From the NCBI GenBank assembly GCA_964016885.1, contig OZ024740.1, positions 265,174,001 to 265,238,000 on the forward strand: a DNA stretch of 64,000 nt, read 5' to 3'. Source of the stretch: Eledone cirrhosa. Its lineage: Eukaryota. The position numbers and the translations under genes were made by a program. Positions 26,831-41,348 of this stretch are shown here, piece by piece. The notes under the pieces were generated by a model. It had not been told where the DNA came from, made no database searches, and saw only the letters and a program-made list of their open reading frames with translations. The number at the start of each line of letters is the position of its first letter. Within the stretch, counting starts at the first letter, position 1.

Positions 26831-27139
26831 ATATTTGTAGTAGTACTAGTAACACACACTCTTTTACTTACATATTCACACACATATCCTCTTAGCTTCG
26901 TATAATAATACACACATGGACGCCCACGCATACACACGTCACTTGTATAGCTCAGTATACAAAATGTTTTTTTTTTCCATTTCAGGTAGACGCGCTCCAT
27001 CATCCACTTTTCTAAAAACGCCAGCATCAACAGTTTTCCAAGAGATGGCAACATGAATGGACCTGTTATTTTTCTCTAAAATCATTTTTTTCCGATTCAA
27101 CCCTGCTCGTCCCTTCAATCTTTCTAATTTCTAATTCTT

Positions 27140-27175
27140 TCTTCTGATGAAGCACTAGAGTCCGAAACGTTAAGA
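27140..27175 (+). ncRNA. Minimal type-I hammerhead, stem II partly decayed
   Basis: TCTT-CTGATGA-AGCACTAGAGTCC-GAAA-CG-TT-AAGA, with palindromic ACGT stem III typical of PLE minimal HHRs. Confidence 0.55.
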
Positions 27176-28824
27176 TCCTCTTCCTACTATTTCAAGCGTT
27201 AAACTAATATATTCCTTCCATATACTGTTCCGATTGTGTTGTTATTTCTGGGTTTTTTTCTGAAAGGGTGATGTTCCCGATCAAACAACAAATCAATGGA
27301 AAATTTAACATTTTTCTAGGAAGAATAGTTATAGAATTATACTTGTTCTAAACTTACAGCAAACATTCCACTATTTCTTTGTGTTATCATATTATCTTCG
27401 AAGGTCAAAGTATTTCATATCAACAATCATATTTCAAAAACAATAAACCATATTATTTTGAATGAAACATAACACCAGAATGAAAGGAATCAATAATACG
27501 ACTTTCAAGTAAGATAATAGAACCCATTATGAAATCTTATTTAGAAACTATTTAGTGCATATTTTGGATAGACATGAGAAAAAGGGACATACATACTATA
27601 AGAGTGTACACATTTCTATTGAGTGCTTTAGTAATAATAATTAGCAATTTAAATTTGTTAACAGATCTCTTAGTTTCAGAAACTTTTCTCAAAGCGTCAT
27701 GAACGTTGATATAGTGTACTAAAAACGTTTATTTAAAATATTATAAAATAGATGTAATTCTTTAAAAGGATGCATTAACCTTAATTTAAATATTTATCTC
27801 ATTATTTTATACGTAAGTTGTAGGTATGTGCCATCAGTAATGTCGGCAATAGCGTTGAACGTATTTCATTTTCTGTGCACGTCATTTAAGCAGATTGAAT
27901 GGGAAATTTATGTTTTGATAAAATAATGGTTTGCAAAAAAGAAAGTTTCTCGTTTATGTTGATTAATGACACAGGGAATTGATTAAAGATGAAAAGATAA
28001 TTCAATGATATATTTCTAGTATATAATTCCTTAAATATTCAGCATATATAAACAAATGACATGCAGGATTAAATGAATGAGTAATGTTGGAAAGCTAGCT
28101 ATTTACAGGGTTAATGTAAGATTAGAACCCAGGACCTTGTGAATAGGAAGAAGACTTCTTATTGCAGCAACATGACTAAGACAGGAAATGCATTGTGTGC
28201 ATCTGGGAATGTTTGTGCGTGAAAATTCTTGAGATTTACTGTTAGTTATATATATAAATATATATACAAACACACATGACGTAATATTATCGTTGATGGT
28301 AGAACTGTTTACCAAACGAAAGTTTTTGAATTCAATATAGTTACATTAAAAATTCATGTAACTAATAAGTATAGTGATTTGCAAAACTATCTATACTATG
28401 ATAGTTTCATCATAATATTATAATTATAAAATGAAGATTCGGTAACGGACTGGGGTCGATTTAATTGACTTTCCCCTTCCCTCAAATGTCTTATCTTGTG
28501 CCAAAATATAGAAACAATCATAATAGCATAATTATAGATATCATTTCTTTTTTTAATCTTACGTGCCAGATGTAATTGTTTTTATTCTGAAGTGTACATT
28601 TAGATTCTGCAAACACAATAGGAATATCGAATATATGTCTATGTGTGTTTATAAAATAATTTAAACATCAATCTTTAATAACCGAATTTTCTTTTCCATA
28701 CGTTATTGTAAACTTAGCCTTAGCAATAACTATATTAGAATAAAGTTAGCCCATTTAATGCGAGATGTTGAATTTTACAAGTGTTAATATTTACTAGCGT
28801 ATGCACTTATGCATATCTGAACAC

Positions 28825-29440
28825 GCGTGGCTTAGTGGTTATTGCTTGCAATTTAGGGGTTGTGAGTTCCATTCCCACACCGGGTGATGCATTGCATCCT
28901 TCAGCAAGACAATTATTTCACGTAACTCCAGTTTACTCAGCTGCAGAAATGGGTTGCAATATCACTGGTGCCAAGCTGTATCGGCCATTGCCTTTCTCTT
29001 GGACAACATCGGTGGCATGGAGAGAGGTGGCGTGGAGAGGGGAGATATGATTACATGGGCGACTCCTGGTATTTCACAAACAAACCTTGCCCAGGCTTGT
29101 GCCAAGGAGGGAAGGATTTTAGGTCCAAAACCATGGTCATTAGTGACCGATGGAGACCTTTAATGCATCTATAAATAAAGCCCCCTGAAGTTATGACTGA
29201 CCAATGTTTTGTACCTGCAAAGTTCATTCATGAATCTGCAAGCCTGTGTAAGTCGTTTACGGGGAAGGCCAGTAGTCGCCCTTGTATTGCAAACGCATCC
29301 CTCCGTGTCCCTGATGCAGTCCTAGGAAAGGCACGAGTCGATACAGTTTGGCGTTGGTGTTGTTGCAGCACCCACGTATTTTAAGCTGAATGTATTCACT
29401 GGAGCAAGGTGAAATAAAATATTTTGCCTAGGAACGCAAT
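28825..29440 (+). mobile_element. Second tRNA-derived SINE family (degenerate)
   Basis: TGGCTTAGTGG A-box-like, GAGTTCCATTCC B-box-like, TCCTTCAGCAAGAC..CCAGTTTACTCAGCTG..AATGGGT central domain. Confidence 0.55.
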
Positions 29441-30424
29441 GCATTGTTTTTGTCTAATGACATTCATTAGAATGAAAAATTAATGGGGGTATACTGAATG
29501 TTGTATGCAATGAATGTGTAATTTAATGCAAGCCTTCTCAGGTGAGAGGGCTACAAATCTAGCAGCATGTGTTAGCCTATATCTCAGAATTTGAGAATAA
29601 CTCTCTCGAAATGACAATTTCAATTTTCCTTGCAGTTCAGACACCACAATAGACAAATGGTAGAGCCTATTTGATTTCTACAACTACGTACAGACTGCAC
29701 AAATCTCTAGATCATTGGATACAGGGGTTTTCTACGTATTCCCAAAACAAATGAAAATAAAATCTGAAAGCTGAATAAAAACAATAGCCAAAAATATTTA
29801 ATAATTAAGTTAAATAGTGGAGTACAGAATGCTCTACACAAATTTGTATTTTAGTGAAATCCTATTCTGGAGAAAAAGAAAACCTAGTGGCCAACCGTGT
29901 CGACTCTCGAAAAAAAAAGGGGAATCAAGAATTAAGTTCTTGGGTTAATTTAAATGCTTTAACTCAATAAATTCGTGAATGGACCAAGAGAGAGAACCGT
30001 GTCATGTTTTAGTTTATGTAGACTGTAACACAGGGATTTGCAATGTTTCTAAGCAAACAAAATGTCAAAACAAAATAAGCACAATTTACTTCACAAAAAA
30101 TTATTGAAATCTACGTGAGAAATAGAATTTAAAATTAACTCAGCAATATGAGCTATTATATCCATTATATTAATACATATCATAGAGTTAAACTATAAAT
30201 ACTTTTTTGTTCAGAGCGATTATCAATACTGCTCAAGAAATGTGAAAGAATCCTTTGTAGCGAGATAATATAGGTAATAACATATGAGTACTACTAAAAC
30301 TAAAAGGCACTTGAAAATAAAATTAAGCCGCACATTAAAATATATAAGCGCATGTTTCTCTTTCTCTCACTCTCACTCCTCTCTTTCTCCCTCTATATAT
30401 CTATTTATATATTTATCACATTTT

Positions 30425-32200
<1,776 letters not shown>

Positions 32201-33170
32201 ATATTTCATTTATATTATATCATAATATTTGTCTAAATTTCTCTATAGTTATATTTGTACGATTATATTTTCTAAATGGATATTAGATTTCCATATGAAT
32301 AATACATAAATAAATATATTATTATTTTGTTGTCTTCTTTTCTAAATATACTTTTGTACTTATATCTTTGTTTTAAAGAAATTTCTCTTTCCCTTATGTT
32401 TAAAGAGTATCAAAACAAAACCAGAATAAAAGTTAACAAATGTGTGCATGAATTGACAATAGTTGACGGAAGGTTTTAATAACTTAATAATACAAGAGGA
32501 AGAAAAACATATCTATCGTTTCGCTTTTATACTTAATCTTTACATATCAGTCTATCCATCGGTGCAGGTCCATTATGATCTCTTTCATTCTCAGTGAGTC
32601 ACTGTCTTATTCACTGATTACTTATCTTACTCTATCAATCTATTCATCTCTCTCTCTCTCCGCTCTCTCCTCTTCGCCTCTCTATCTCTCTTTCGCCATA
32701 TATATATATATATATATCCAACTGTCTGTCTGTCTATCTATCTCTCTGTATCAACAATTCAAACTATTTGTCATTTATTTCAATTTTATGTATTTAGGGA
32801 TATGTGTATCTATGCATCTATATATACATAATCATATATATATATATATATATATATAATAATGTCATTATAAATAAAAGTTAACAAATGTGTGCATGAA
32901 TTGACAATAGTTGACGGAAGGTTTTAATAACTTAATAATACATTATAATATTTAACTCCGTAATAGCACCACCAACTACAAAAACAAAGACGGTTGAACT
33001 GCTTTACGTTGAGTACTCTCTATATTATTGCATTACGATTGACCATACGGAATAGACCAGCTCTATACAGTGGTGAACCTCAAACCTGAATATATATATA
33101 TATATATATATATGGTCCACCTGGTTCCTTACCACAACTCCTCCATTATATATATATATATATATATATA

Positions 33171-33404
33171 ACGGAGGAGTTGTGGTAAGGAACCAGATGG
33201 ACCATAACGCACCAGAGTACTCAATACTTAGGGTAGTAGAGTGGGTAATAGGAGAAAGTACGACCCTGACGGCAGAGCTCAAGCCGTTCGACGGCTATTT
33301 CTGGACTAAAGTAAGAGTTTTTTTTTGTTTTTTTTAACTCTTACTTTAGTCCAGAAATAGCCGTCGAAACGGCTTGAGCTCTGCCGTCGGGTCATACTTT
33401 CTTG
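33171..33404. mobile_element. Family B asymmetric fold-back element in (TA)n with the 3' half of an HHR
   Basis: Arms meet near 33325; GAAA-CGGC ttgagctct GCCG-TC-GGGTC at 33366-33393; tail of about 80 nt on the left. Confidence 0.8.
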
Positions 33405-33520
33405 TATATATATATATATATTAAAATAATAGATTAAAGTTCAAGCAAAGAATCGCTGCTTTCACCCTTAACGGCATGTTATTACTACACACACACACAT
33501 ATATATATATATAGAGAGAG

Positions 33521-33734
33521 AAATAATAATAAATTTGAAGACTAAAATCCAAAGAGGGTTCGATAAGGATAAATATATATCAAATATATAAGAACCGTAG
33601 AGCAAATATTTATTAAAATAACAGATTAAAGTTTAAGCAAAGAATCGCTGCTTTCACCCTTAACGGGATCTTCAGAAGATCCCGTTAAGGGTGAAAGCAG
33701 CGATTCTTTGCTTAATCTTTAATCAGTTATTTTA

Positions 33735-33740
<6 letters not shown>
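33521..33740. mobile_element. PLE family A fold-back remnant, long arm on the left
   Basis: Centre GGGATCTTC-A-GAAGATCCC at 33674; mirror arrangement of 25427-25645. Confidence 0.85.
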
Positions 33741-33771
<31 letters not shown>

Positions 33772-33849
33772 CAGTCGATCGACTTTCATCAAATCGGCCC
33801 GTTGGTCTTTCCAATTGCTAATACTATCTATCGGTCGTAACTCCAGGTA

Positions 33850-33962
33850 GAAGGAACAACGTGAAATAAAGTGTCTTGCTCAAGGACATAACGTATCACC
33901 CGGTCCAGGAATCGAACTTACAAGCTCACGATTGCGAATCCAATTTTCTAACCCCTCGGCCA
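33850..33962 (-). mobile_element. SINE tRNA-like head fragment
   Basis: AAGTGTCTTGCTCAAGGAC..CCAGGAATCGAAC..CTAACC..CGGCCA is the reverse complement of a tRNA-derived SINE head. Confidence 0.7.
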
Positions 33963-34300
33963 TACAGATACATACATGTGTGTGTGTGTGTGAGTGTGTG
34001 TGTGCGTGTCTGTGTGTAGGTATGTGTGCTGAAAGCATGTTAGCGTATAGTAAGCTGTTACAACTCAGGTTTGACTGTCAAAATGGCGAAAGTTGGGCAT
34101 GTAAAGCCCTAGTGACGAGGAGAATGCTGGGAAATCACCTGTGGAAATCGAACCCCACATATTAGTGTTGAACGGCTTTATTGTGAATAACTCTCAACCA
34201 GTAGATGTCTTACGAGCGAATGTGGTGCGAGAGTGTTCTATTACTGGTCACACACTTACTCACACACCGTCACACACACAGTCCCAGATATATATATATA

Positions 34301-34480
34301 ACGAAGGAAATGTGGTAAGGAACCAGATGGACCATAACGCACCAAAGTACTCAATACTTAGGGTAGTAGAGTGGGTAATAGGAACAAGTAGGACCCCGAC
34401 GGCTGAGCTCAAACCGTTTCGACGGCTAATTAGCCGTCGAAACGGTTTGAGCTCAGCCGTCGGGGTCCTACTCGTTCCTA
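34301..34480. mobile_element. Family B asymmetric fold-back element
   Basis: Palindrome centred on GGCTAATTAGCC (about 34430); same tail as 33171; tail-only copies at 33111-33148 and 34517-34603. Confidence 0.85.
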
Positions 34481-35091
34481 TATAAATATATATATATATA
34501 CAGGAAAAACTTTAATTGTTCCTATTACCCACTCTACTACCCTAAGCATTGAGTACTCTGGTGCGTTATCGTCCATCTGGTTCCTTGCCACACCTCCTTC
34601 ATTATATATATATATCCCACACGCCACCTACATCCACAACACGCATAAACACCACACACACGTGCGTACCACCACATATTTACACACTCAGCCTCCGGAA
34701 TCCTCTCCCTCCACCTCCTCTGACCCTTCCCCATCCACACACGCACACACACACCGACCTACACCCCACCCCACACACACCTCTTCCTGAACATGCAACC
34801 TCGTTCTTCCCCAACTCTTACTTTCACATACACACACACACATACACCTACACACACACCACCTTCAGCCCTCTCCGCTCGGACACCCCGCCTCCCTCTC
34901 CACACTCCACCCGCCATCACCCCTACACGCCCCACACCCTTCCATCACCTGTTTTACTTCATGTTTATTTTTATTGTTATTATGCTTTTATATTTAATTT
35001 CATTTGTACCGTTTCCTCTCACCCCCTTTTTTCTATATGTCTCTCCACCACTCCCCTACACACCCTTGGAACTCTCCTCCCACACACTTTT

Positions 35092-35125
35092 CACCTGAAG
35101 AAGGGCTTATGCCCGAAACGTCGTT
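35092..35125 (+). ncRNA. Minimal type-I hammerhead in a CA-rich PLE-like 3' end (34615-35213)
   Basis: CTGAAGA-A-GGGC ttat GCCC-GAAA-CG-TC; stem I only about 2 bp. Confidence 0.6.
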
Positions 35126-35210
35126 TCCCACCACCACCCCACTCTCAAGAGCGTGAAACTAATAGACCTTTGTTCGTACTGCCTCTCTGTTTTGTTCCCG
35201 TTCAATGTTT

Positions 35211-35262
<52 letters not shown>

Positions 35263-35319
35263 AAGGTTGTGACTGAAAAAATATGCGGGATGAGCAGATC
35301 AATGCTGCAGTCGTCTCTA

Positions 35320-35435
35320 TAACATCTATGTAAACCTTCAGTCAAGCATCTGTCAAACGTCCGAGATAGGTCGATTATAATCGACCTATTTCGGACGATT
35401 GACAGATGCTTGACTGAAGGTTTACATAGATGTTA
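35320..35435. repeat. Near-perfect 116-bp palindrome with a tail of about 60 nt towards the upstream (TA)n
   Basis: TAACATCTATGTAAACCTTCAGTC..GTCGATTATAATCGAC..GACTGAAGGTTTACATAGATGTTA. Confidence 0.85.
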
Positions 35436-35727
35436 ATTATCAGTATGAACTTTTATGTGAAACATCGTTGCCTTAAATGCCCCCCCCACCCCCACCCCAT
35501 CCCCCACACACACACAAACACACACACGCACACTCGCACACTCGCATATATATATATATATATATATTTCCAGTTTCAACTCACTTGACTCCTATATAGG
35601 TTAAGAATGTTTAATATTTCTTTATATTGTTTAAATATTGAATATTGAATGTTCCGGCCTTGTGCCCAAAGTAGAAACAATTATTAGTCAGCCTTTACAT
35701 GCGTGCATATGTGTATAAACATGTATC

Positions 35728-35788
<61 letters not shown>

Positions 35789-35792
<4 letters not shown>

Positions 35793-35981
35793 AGCTTCTA
35801 CAGGACTAGTACTGTTTCATTCAGATGAAATCTTCAGGAATGAAAGCTTCCTGAAGATTTCATCTGAATGAAACAGTACTAGTCCTGTAGAAGCTCCTTC
35901 TATAAAATAAAAAAATTTTACTCTGCCATGTATTGGGTACCTTACTTACTGTGGTTATCCCCGACTCAACCCGGGACCTAC

Positions 35982-35982
<1 letters not shown>
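35789..35982. mobile_element. Family C asymmetric fold-back element in (TA)n
   Basis: Arms span 35789-35899 plus a tail of about 80 nt. Confidence 0.85.
35845..35895 (+). ncRNA. Intact type-I hammerhead ribozyme
   Basis: AGCTTC-CTGAAGA-TTTCA tc TGAAT-GAAA-CAG tactagtc CTG-TA-GAAGCT; GUA site; palindromic ACTAGT in loop 3. Confidence 0.8.
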
Positions 35983-36068
<86 letters not shown>

Positions 36069-36613
36069 CATATACATATATATGTATGTGTGTGTGTGTG
36101 TGTGTATGAACCTTAATGGTGTAATTCTCTTTTTGCAGGAATTCCAGAGTTTGAATTCAACCACCGTAAAGTGTTTTCTCATACAGCGGTCTTCCTCTAT
36201 TTTCATTAGCGGTCACGTGTCATGTTAGCGTTGCCACACACACTACAAAGACCAATGTATTTACTTGGGCAGAACCTGCTGAAGAGCTGCAATAGCCCGA
36301 TTGTGTAATATCTACTGATGATACCCAATGTTCAGTACACTGCAATTTTAATATCTGTAGAAATATATTGCACAGAAACGGATTCGGTCCAGGGGAGAGA
36401 TACAGAATCTATCTGCACCAAACCACAGCAACTGCACTTGTTATTAACTAAAATGGGTGTACGCTGAACAATGTGATACAGTCACACTACTGGAATCGTA
36501 TATATTCATTGAGTGGGAGAGCCGTGGCCGGAGATCGATGAAATAGTATCAAGGATTTTCGTAAACCATATATATTTACAAAGAGCAAAATCCAGAAGTA
36601 GATAAGATTAGTC

Positions 36614-36646
<33 letters not shown>

Positions 36647-36972
36647 GTATGTGTGCATTTACACATCTGTCTATTTATTTCTATTTCTCTATATATATAA
36701 ACAGTCATTTTTATATACATCACTTGCATTCGAGTATGACTTGGTAGTTTGTACCATCCTTTGGCTAAGTATTTTAGTTGCCCATGAAATCACCAGCAAA
36801 TACAGGTAATGTGTGGCCCCATACACATCTTATCCAGTGGATCATATACGATATAAGAGATGGAAAGAGAAGAGAAGTCTTCGACAGCACTGTGTTGCTA
36901 CTTTTTCTTCATATATATTTACATATAAACATAAACACATATACAGGCATAGATCCACACACACACACACAA

Positions 36973-37011
<39 letters not shown>

Positions 37012-37072
37012 CATTTGGACAGATGCTCAGGCAAGCACACACACACACACAGTCACACACACAGGCACACAT

Positions 37073-37105
<33 letters not shown>

Positions 37106-37557
37106 CATAAGAAAAACTCAATTGCACCATCTGACATTATTGATGCTTCTCAAAAAAGCAATCACTTTGTTTGAACCTTATTAAAATGTTTTTTTCCTTG
37201 GGGATTAGACCGAGATAAAATTTGAGAATCAGGCACTAACAAAAGTATTATATGCACTGTCTTTGCTAATCTGAAATCGAGAAAAGATAGCAGCTGACCT
37301 GAAATATAAAACTATTATTTTACATCATTGCGAATGTAGATAAATCAAATTCTTTCAATTACAAAGCAAACTCGCTTTTCTTTTTATGTGCTGGAAAAGT
37401 TTTGTCCAGTCACATATGTTGCTGTGTTTAAAGTGTTCGCTCAGCAACCTCCTTGTTTAGGATTCACTCCCTCGGCGTGGTTCCTTCGCATGCGTCTTCT
37501 AGATGACCAATGATTTGTGTGTGAAATTTGGTGGATGAAAACTATGAGAAGCTCATT

Positions 37558-37657
<100 letters not shown>

Positions 37658-37775
37658 AGACACACATATATATGTATATATCCACTTTTCAATGTTCCAG
37701 CTGAATGTGATGTGTGAGAGAGGGGGATAGTATGTGTTTGTATCTGTTTCTATGTTTAGACCCCATTACTTAACA

Positions 37776-37954
37776 TGGATTGGCAGTATCGGTAGAGGGT
37801 CGGACGCCATGCTTTCCAGCATAGTTACGTCCCTTTATGATCTGAGTTCAAATCCCGCCGAGGTTGACTTTGCCTTTCATCCTTACGGGGTCGATAAAAT
37901 AAAGTACCAGTAATGCACTGGATAATTGCTGGCCTTGTGCATAAAGTAGAAACA
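37776..37954 (+). mobile_element. tRNA-derived SINE with 11-bp TSD
   Basis: Nearly identical to the 24446 copy; TSD ATTACTTAACA at 37765-37775 and 37955-37965. Confidence 0.92.
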
Positions 37955-38525
37955 ATTACTTAACAGTTACAAATGTGATTTGTAAAATACGTACTAGGCT
38001 CGATATATGATCACTGGAGTAGATATGATCGAGTAAATCTTGGTGGAGTCCCGACATGGTCTTCGTTTAACGCCAGAATCAGACAAAGGAGAAAATACTT
38101 AAAGAATATTCAACTGACCCATTTCTTTGATATAATTGTTCTGCATCCTCCTGCATTGAACCACCTAGGTACTATGACATAACTTAAATATTTGCTAGCA
38201 TTAGTGTACATCTGTACGCATATGTTGGTAAATATACTAATTCTCTATATTTATCTCCAAATTATTTATTTGTTGAGCAAACTTGCCAAATCCACTACTA
38301 ATTCATTGTAGTGGTAGTAGGCTTTTGTCATTAGACGACCCCACTCCTTCTGACTAGCCTCAGTGTCACGTGATTGATTCTTTAGAATCTGCCATTTGAC
38401 CAGAGACAGTGTACTTTTTCAGTGCTATGGAATTCAGTCCCCGCTAGCTGTTCCATCCACCGAATTATTATTTTTATATGAGTCCCTAGTGTCCGCGCAT
38501 TGCCTGGAGACTTAGCTGAGAATAG

Positions 38526-38607
38526 ACTCCCTGATGACGTAATGAATTCTCGATGGTTACATTGCGTAACTATCTTTATCCCATTACAGAAACTAATTAG
38601 TTGGAGT
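38526..38607 (+). ncRNA. Type-I hammerhead ribozyme, unit 1
   Basis: ACTCC-CTGATGA-C GTAATG..CATTAC A-GAAA-CTAATTAG-TT-GGAGT; palindromic ACTAATTAGT stem III; GUU site after 38602. Confidence 0.85.
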
Positions 38608-39062
38608 GAAAATTCTAGTAAGTAAGATCATTTTTAATTTTTAAAATTTTCTTATTTTACGTCTTTCATATAATTGTTCTGCATCCTCCTGCATTGAACC
38701 ACCTAGGTACTATGACATAACTTATATATTTGCTAGCATTAGTGTACATCTGTACGCATATGTTGGTAAATATACTAATTCTCTATATTTATCTCCAAAT
38801 TATTTATTTGTTGAGCAAACTTGCCAAATCCACTAATAATTCATTGTAGTGGTAGTAGGCTTTTGTCATTAGACCACCCCACTCCTTCTGACTAGTATCA
38901 GTGTCACGTAATTGATTCTTTAGAATCTGCCATTTGACCAGAGACAGTGAACTTTTCAGTACTATGGAATTTAGTCCCCGCTAGCTGTTCCATCAACCGA
39001 ATTATTATTTTTATATGCGTCCCTAGTGTCCGCGCATTGACTGGAGACTTAGCTGAGAATAG

Positions 39063-39144
39063 ACTCCCTGATGACGTAATGAATTCTCGATGGTTACATT
39101 GCGTAACTATCTTTATCCCATTACAGAAACTAATTAGTTGGAGT
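39063..39144 (+). ncRNA. Type-I hammerhead ribozyme, unit 2
   Basis: Same motif as unit 1; predicted site after 39139. Confidence 0.85.
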
Positions 39145-39251
39145 GAAAATTTTAGTAAGTTAATTTTTAATATTTAAAATTTTCTTATTTTACGTCCTTC
39201 ATATATATATATATATATATATATAATAAAAAAAAAAAAATTAAATGTAAT

Positions 39252-39448
39252 CTGAGTTTTTCGAATATTAATAATAACATTCACTCTGTTTGCAATTATG
39301 CAAACAAGCCTCATTTTCAAATCCAAGTTTACATGCCCACACAAGAGCAAGAATGAAGGGTTCATTCTACTGACATAGCTTTAAAATGAGGCTTGTTTGC
39401 ATAATTGCAAACGAATCGAATGTTATTATTAATATTCGAAAAATTCAG
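39252..39448. repeat. Fold-back of the 11.4-13.3 kb repeat family
   Basis: About 65-bp inverted arms (CTGAGTTTTTCGAATATTAAT..GCCTCATTTT / AAAATGAGGC..ATTAATATTCGAAAAATTCAG), homologous to 11910-11970. Confidence 0.75.
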
Positions 39449-40303
39449 CAATGCAATACTTCACGTTTGGTCGTTAAGTCCTCAGCTCCCAATCTGATTG
39501 AGACCACGATAATCACAGGGTGCGGTCCGGGCAAGGTTGTGCTCATACCGAGGATGCATTTTTTTCACATCAGGACCAGACCTACCTTTCACATTTCGAC
39601 AGTCCCAGTTCCCGGTCAGGCCATGCGGTCAGGCCGTACAGAGGCTGATTCTCGCGGGGTTACAAAGCTTCATTGCAACTCCGACCCTACTCAAATATCA
39701 GCTGTTGCTCCTCACCAAACCCCGCTTGGTGGGCCTCGGTGAACCGTGGACAGGTTAGTATTTCACCTCCATACGACTCGCAAATGGTGAACAATGCTTA
39801 AATGACGGGATTTACATTTGTAGGCGGTTCCTGCAATTACTTCACACTTCACCAACACCTGGCCTCCGCTCAGCTCTATTTCCCTCCCTCCGTCGGCACA
39901 GCAGCAGGCTCATCTTCTACGTCCGACGTACATGATGCACCAACCATACGATGACCCCTCTTCCTCTTTTTTGGTTCTCGTAATTCGACAATGATTTCGG
40001 GCCCCTGTTTGCGGTTCCCTATGTCCTCCCCCACCCCCGTTAAAACATGTCATGCAGAACAACTCCATCGCAGCTCTGTTGTTCGGCTGGCATCGTCTAG
40101 GCGCATGTTACGCAAGTACTGTGAAACAATAAATTTCAACACTTCTTTGCAAAGAGATAATATCCATAGGCGAATCTACAATTTTCACTGCTGGCGCAGC
40201 TCCTGCTTCGGAGGTCCAGGTCTGCAATTCATTCACCCTGTGCCTAGCAGACAAAAAAGTGCAGCAAATAAAATGGGTGGTGCAACGCCGGGCTTTAATC
40301 CTA

Positions 40304-40304
<1 letters not shown>
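39449..40304 (+). mobile_element. Helitron 3' fragment
   Basis: CN.SRLVVK...NLIETTIITGCG.G.VVLIPR..FTFRQSQFPVRP (Pif1 C-terminal region); 3' TGCAACGCCGGG..CTAG at 40301-40304. Confidence 0.8.
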
Positions 40305-40357
<53 letters not shown>

Positions 40358-40611
40358 TCATCTATACGAACATCTGGTTCATATAATACATATTAGGAAG
40401 ATCTAAGATTTGAATTGTAGTCATACCAACGTAAATAGCTTTTATATAGTCGAGAAGGAACAGGTGGACAAAGGCGGCTTTACCTGATCCTTAGCTATTA
40501 TTTATAGTAATCGATTATTATTATAGTTATTTACGTCAGGGAGATTCCATTTCCCATATATCTATTTCATATATATCACCATTAAGGATTAGTTAATGAT
40601 TTTGAAAATAA

Positions 40612-40696
<85 letters not shown>

Positions 40697-40699
<3 letters not shown>

Positions 40700-41253
40700 T
40701 ATCATATTTAGAGTCATTTACAATTAATTAGCTCAAAGAAAGAAGCATTTCTGAGTCGTGAAATACAAGTTAATATAAATTAATATATGATAAACACCTA
40801 AGTGTTTGTATTGCAAAAGACGAAGTTAGCTAGAATGAAATAAACTAATTCAAATAATTCAAATAAATATAGCTTGCCTGTATCGATTTAAAATAATAAA
40901 TCAATATACACAAACTCATATTGGCAAATAGCCGTGGTACCTGGACAAATTTAAATTTCAAAATTCAAACCTTTTCCGCAGATCAATCTGAACTTCAAAA
41001 TCCAAACAAGTTTCGCTTGGATTTTGAAGTTCAGATTGATCTGCGGAAAAGTTTTGAATTTTGAAATTTATATTTGTCCAGGTACCACGGCTATTTGCCA
41101 ATATGAGTGTGTGTATATTGATTTATTATTTTAAATCGATACAGGCAAGCTATATTTATTTGAATTTTTGAATTAGTTTATTTCATTCTAGCTAACTTCG
41201 TCTTTTACAATACAAACACTTAGGTGTTTATCATATATTAATTTATATTAACT

Positions 41254-41258
<5 letters not shown>
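40697..41258. repeat. Asymmetric fold-back element (about 240-bp arms plus about 66-nt tail) between (TA)n tracts
   Basis: 40763-41002 pairs with 41018-41258 with few mismatches. Confidence 0.9.

Positions 41259-41344
<86 letters not shown>

Positions 41345-41348
<4 letters not shown>

Larger units (their letters stand above)
38125..39203 (+). repeat. Non-coding tandem dimer (unit about 537 bp), one HHR per unit; retrozyme-like
   Basis: TATAATTGTTCTGCATCC at 38131 and 38669; the array ends in (TA)n at the unit boundary. Confidence 0.9.
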
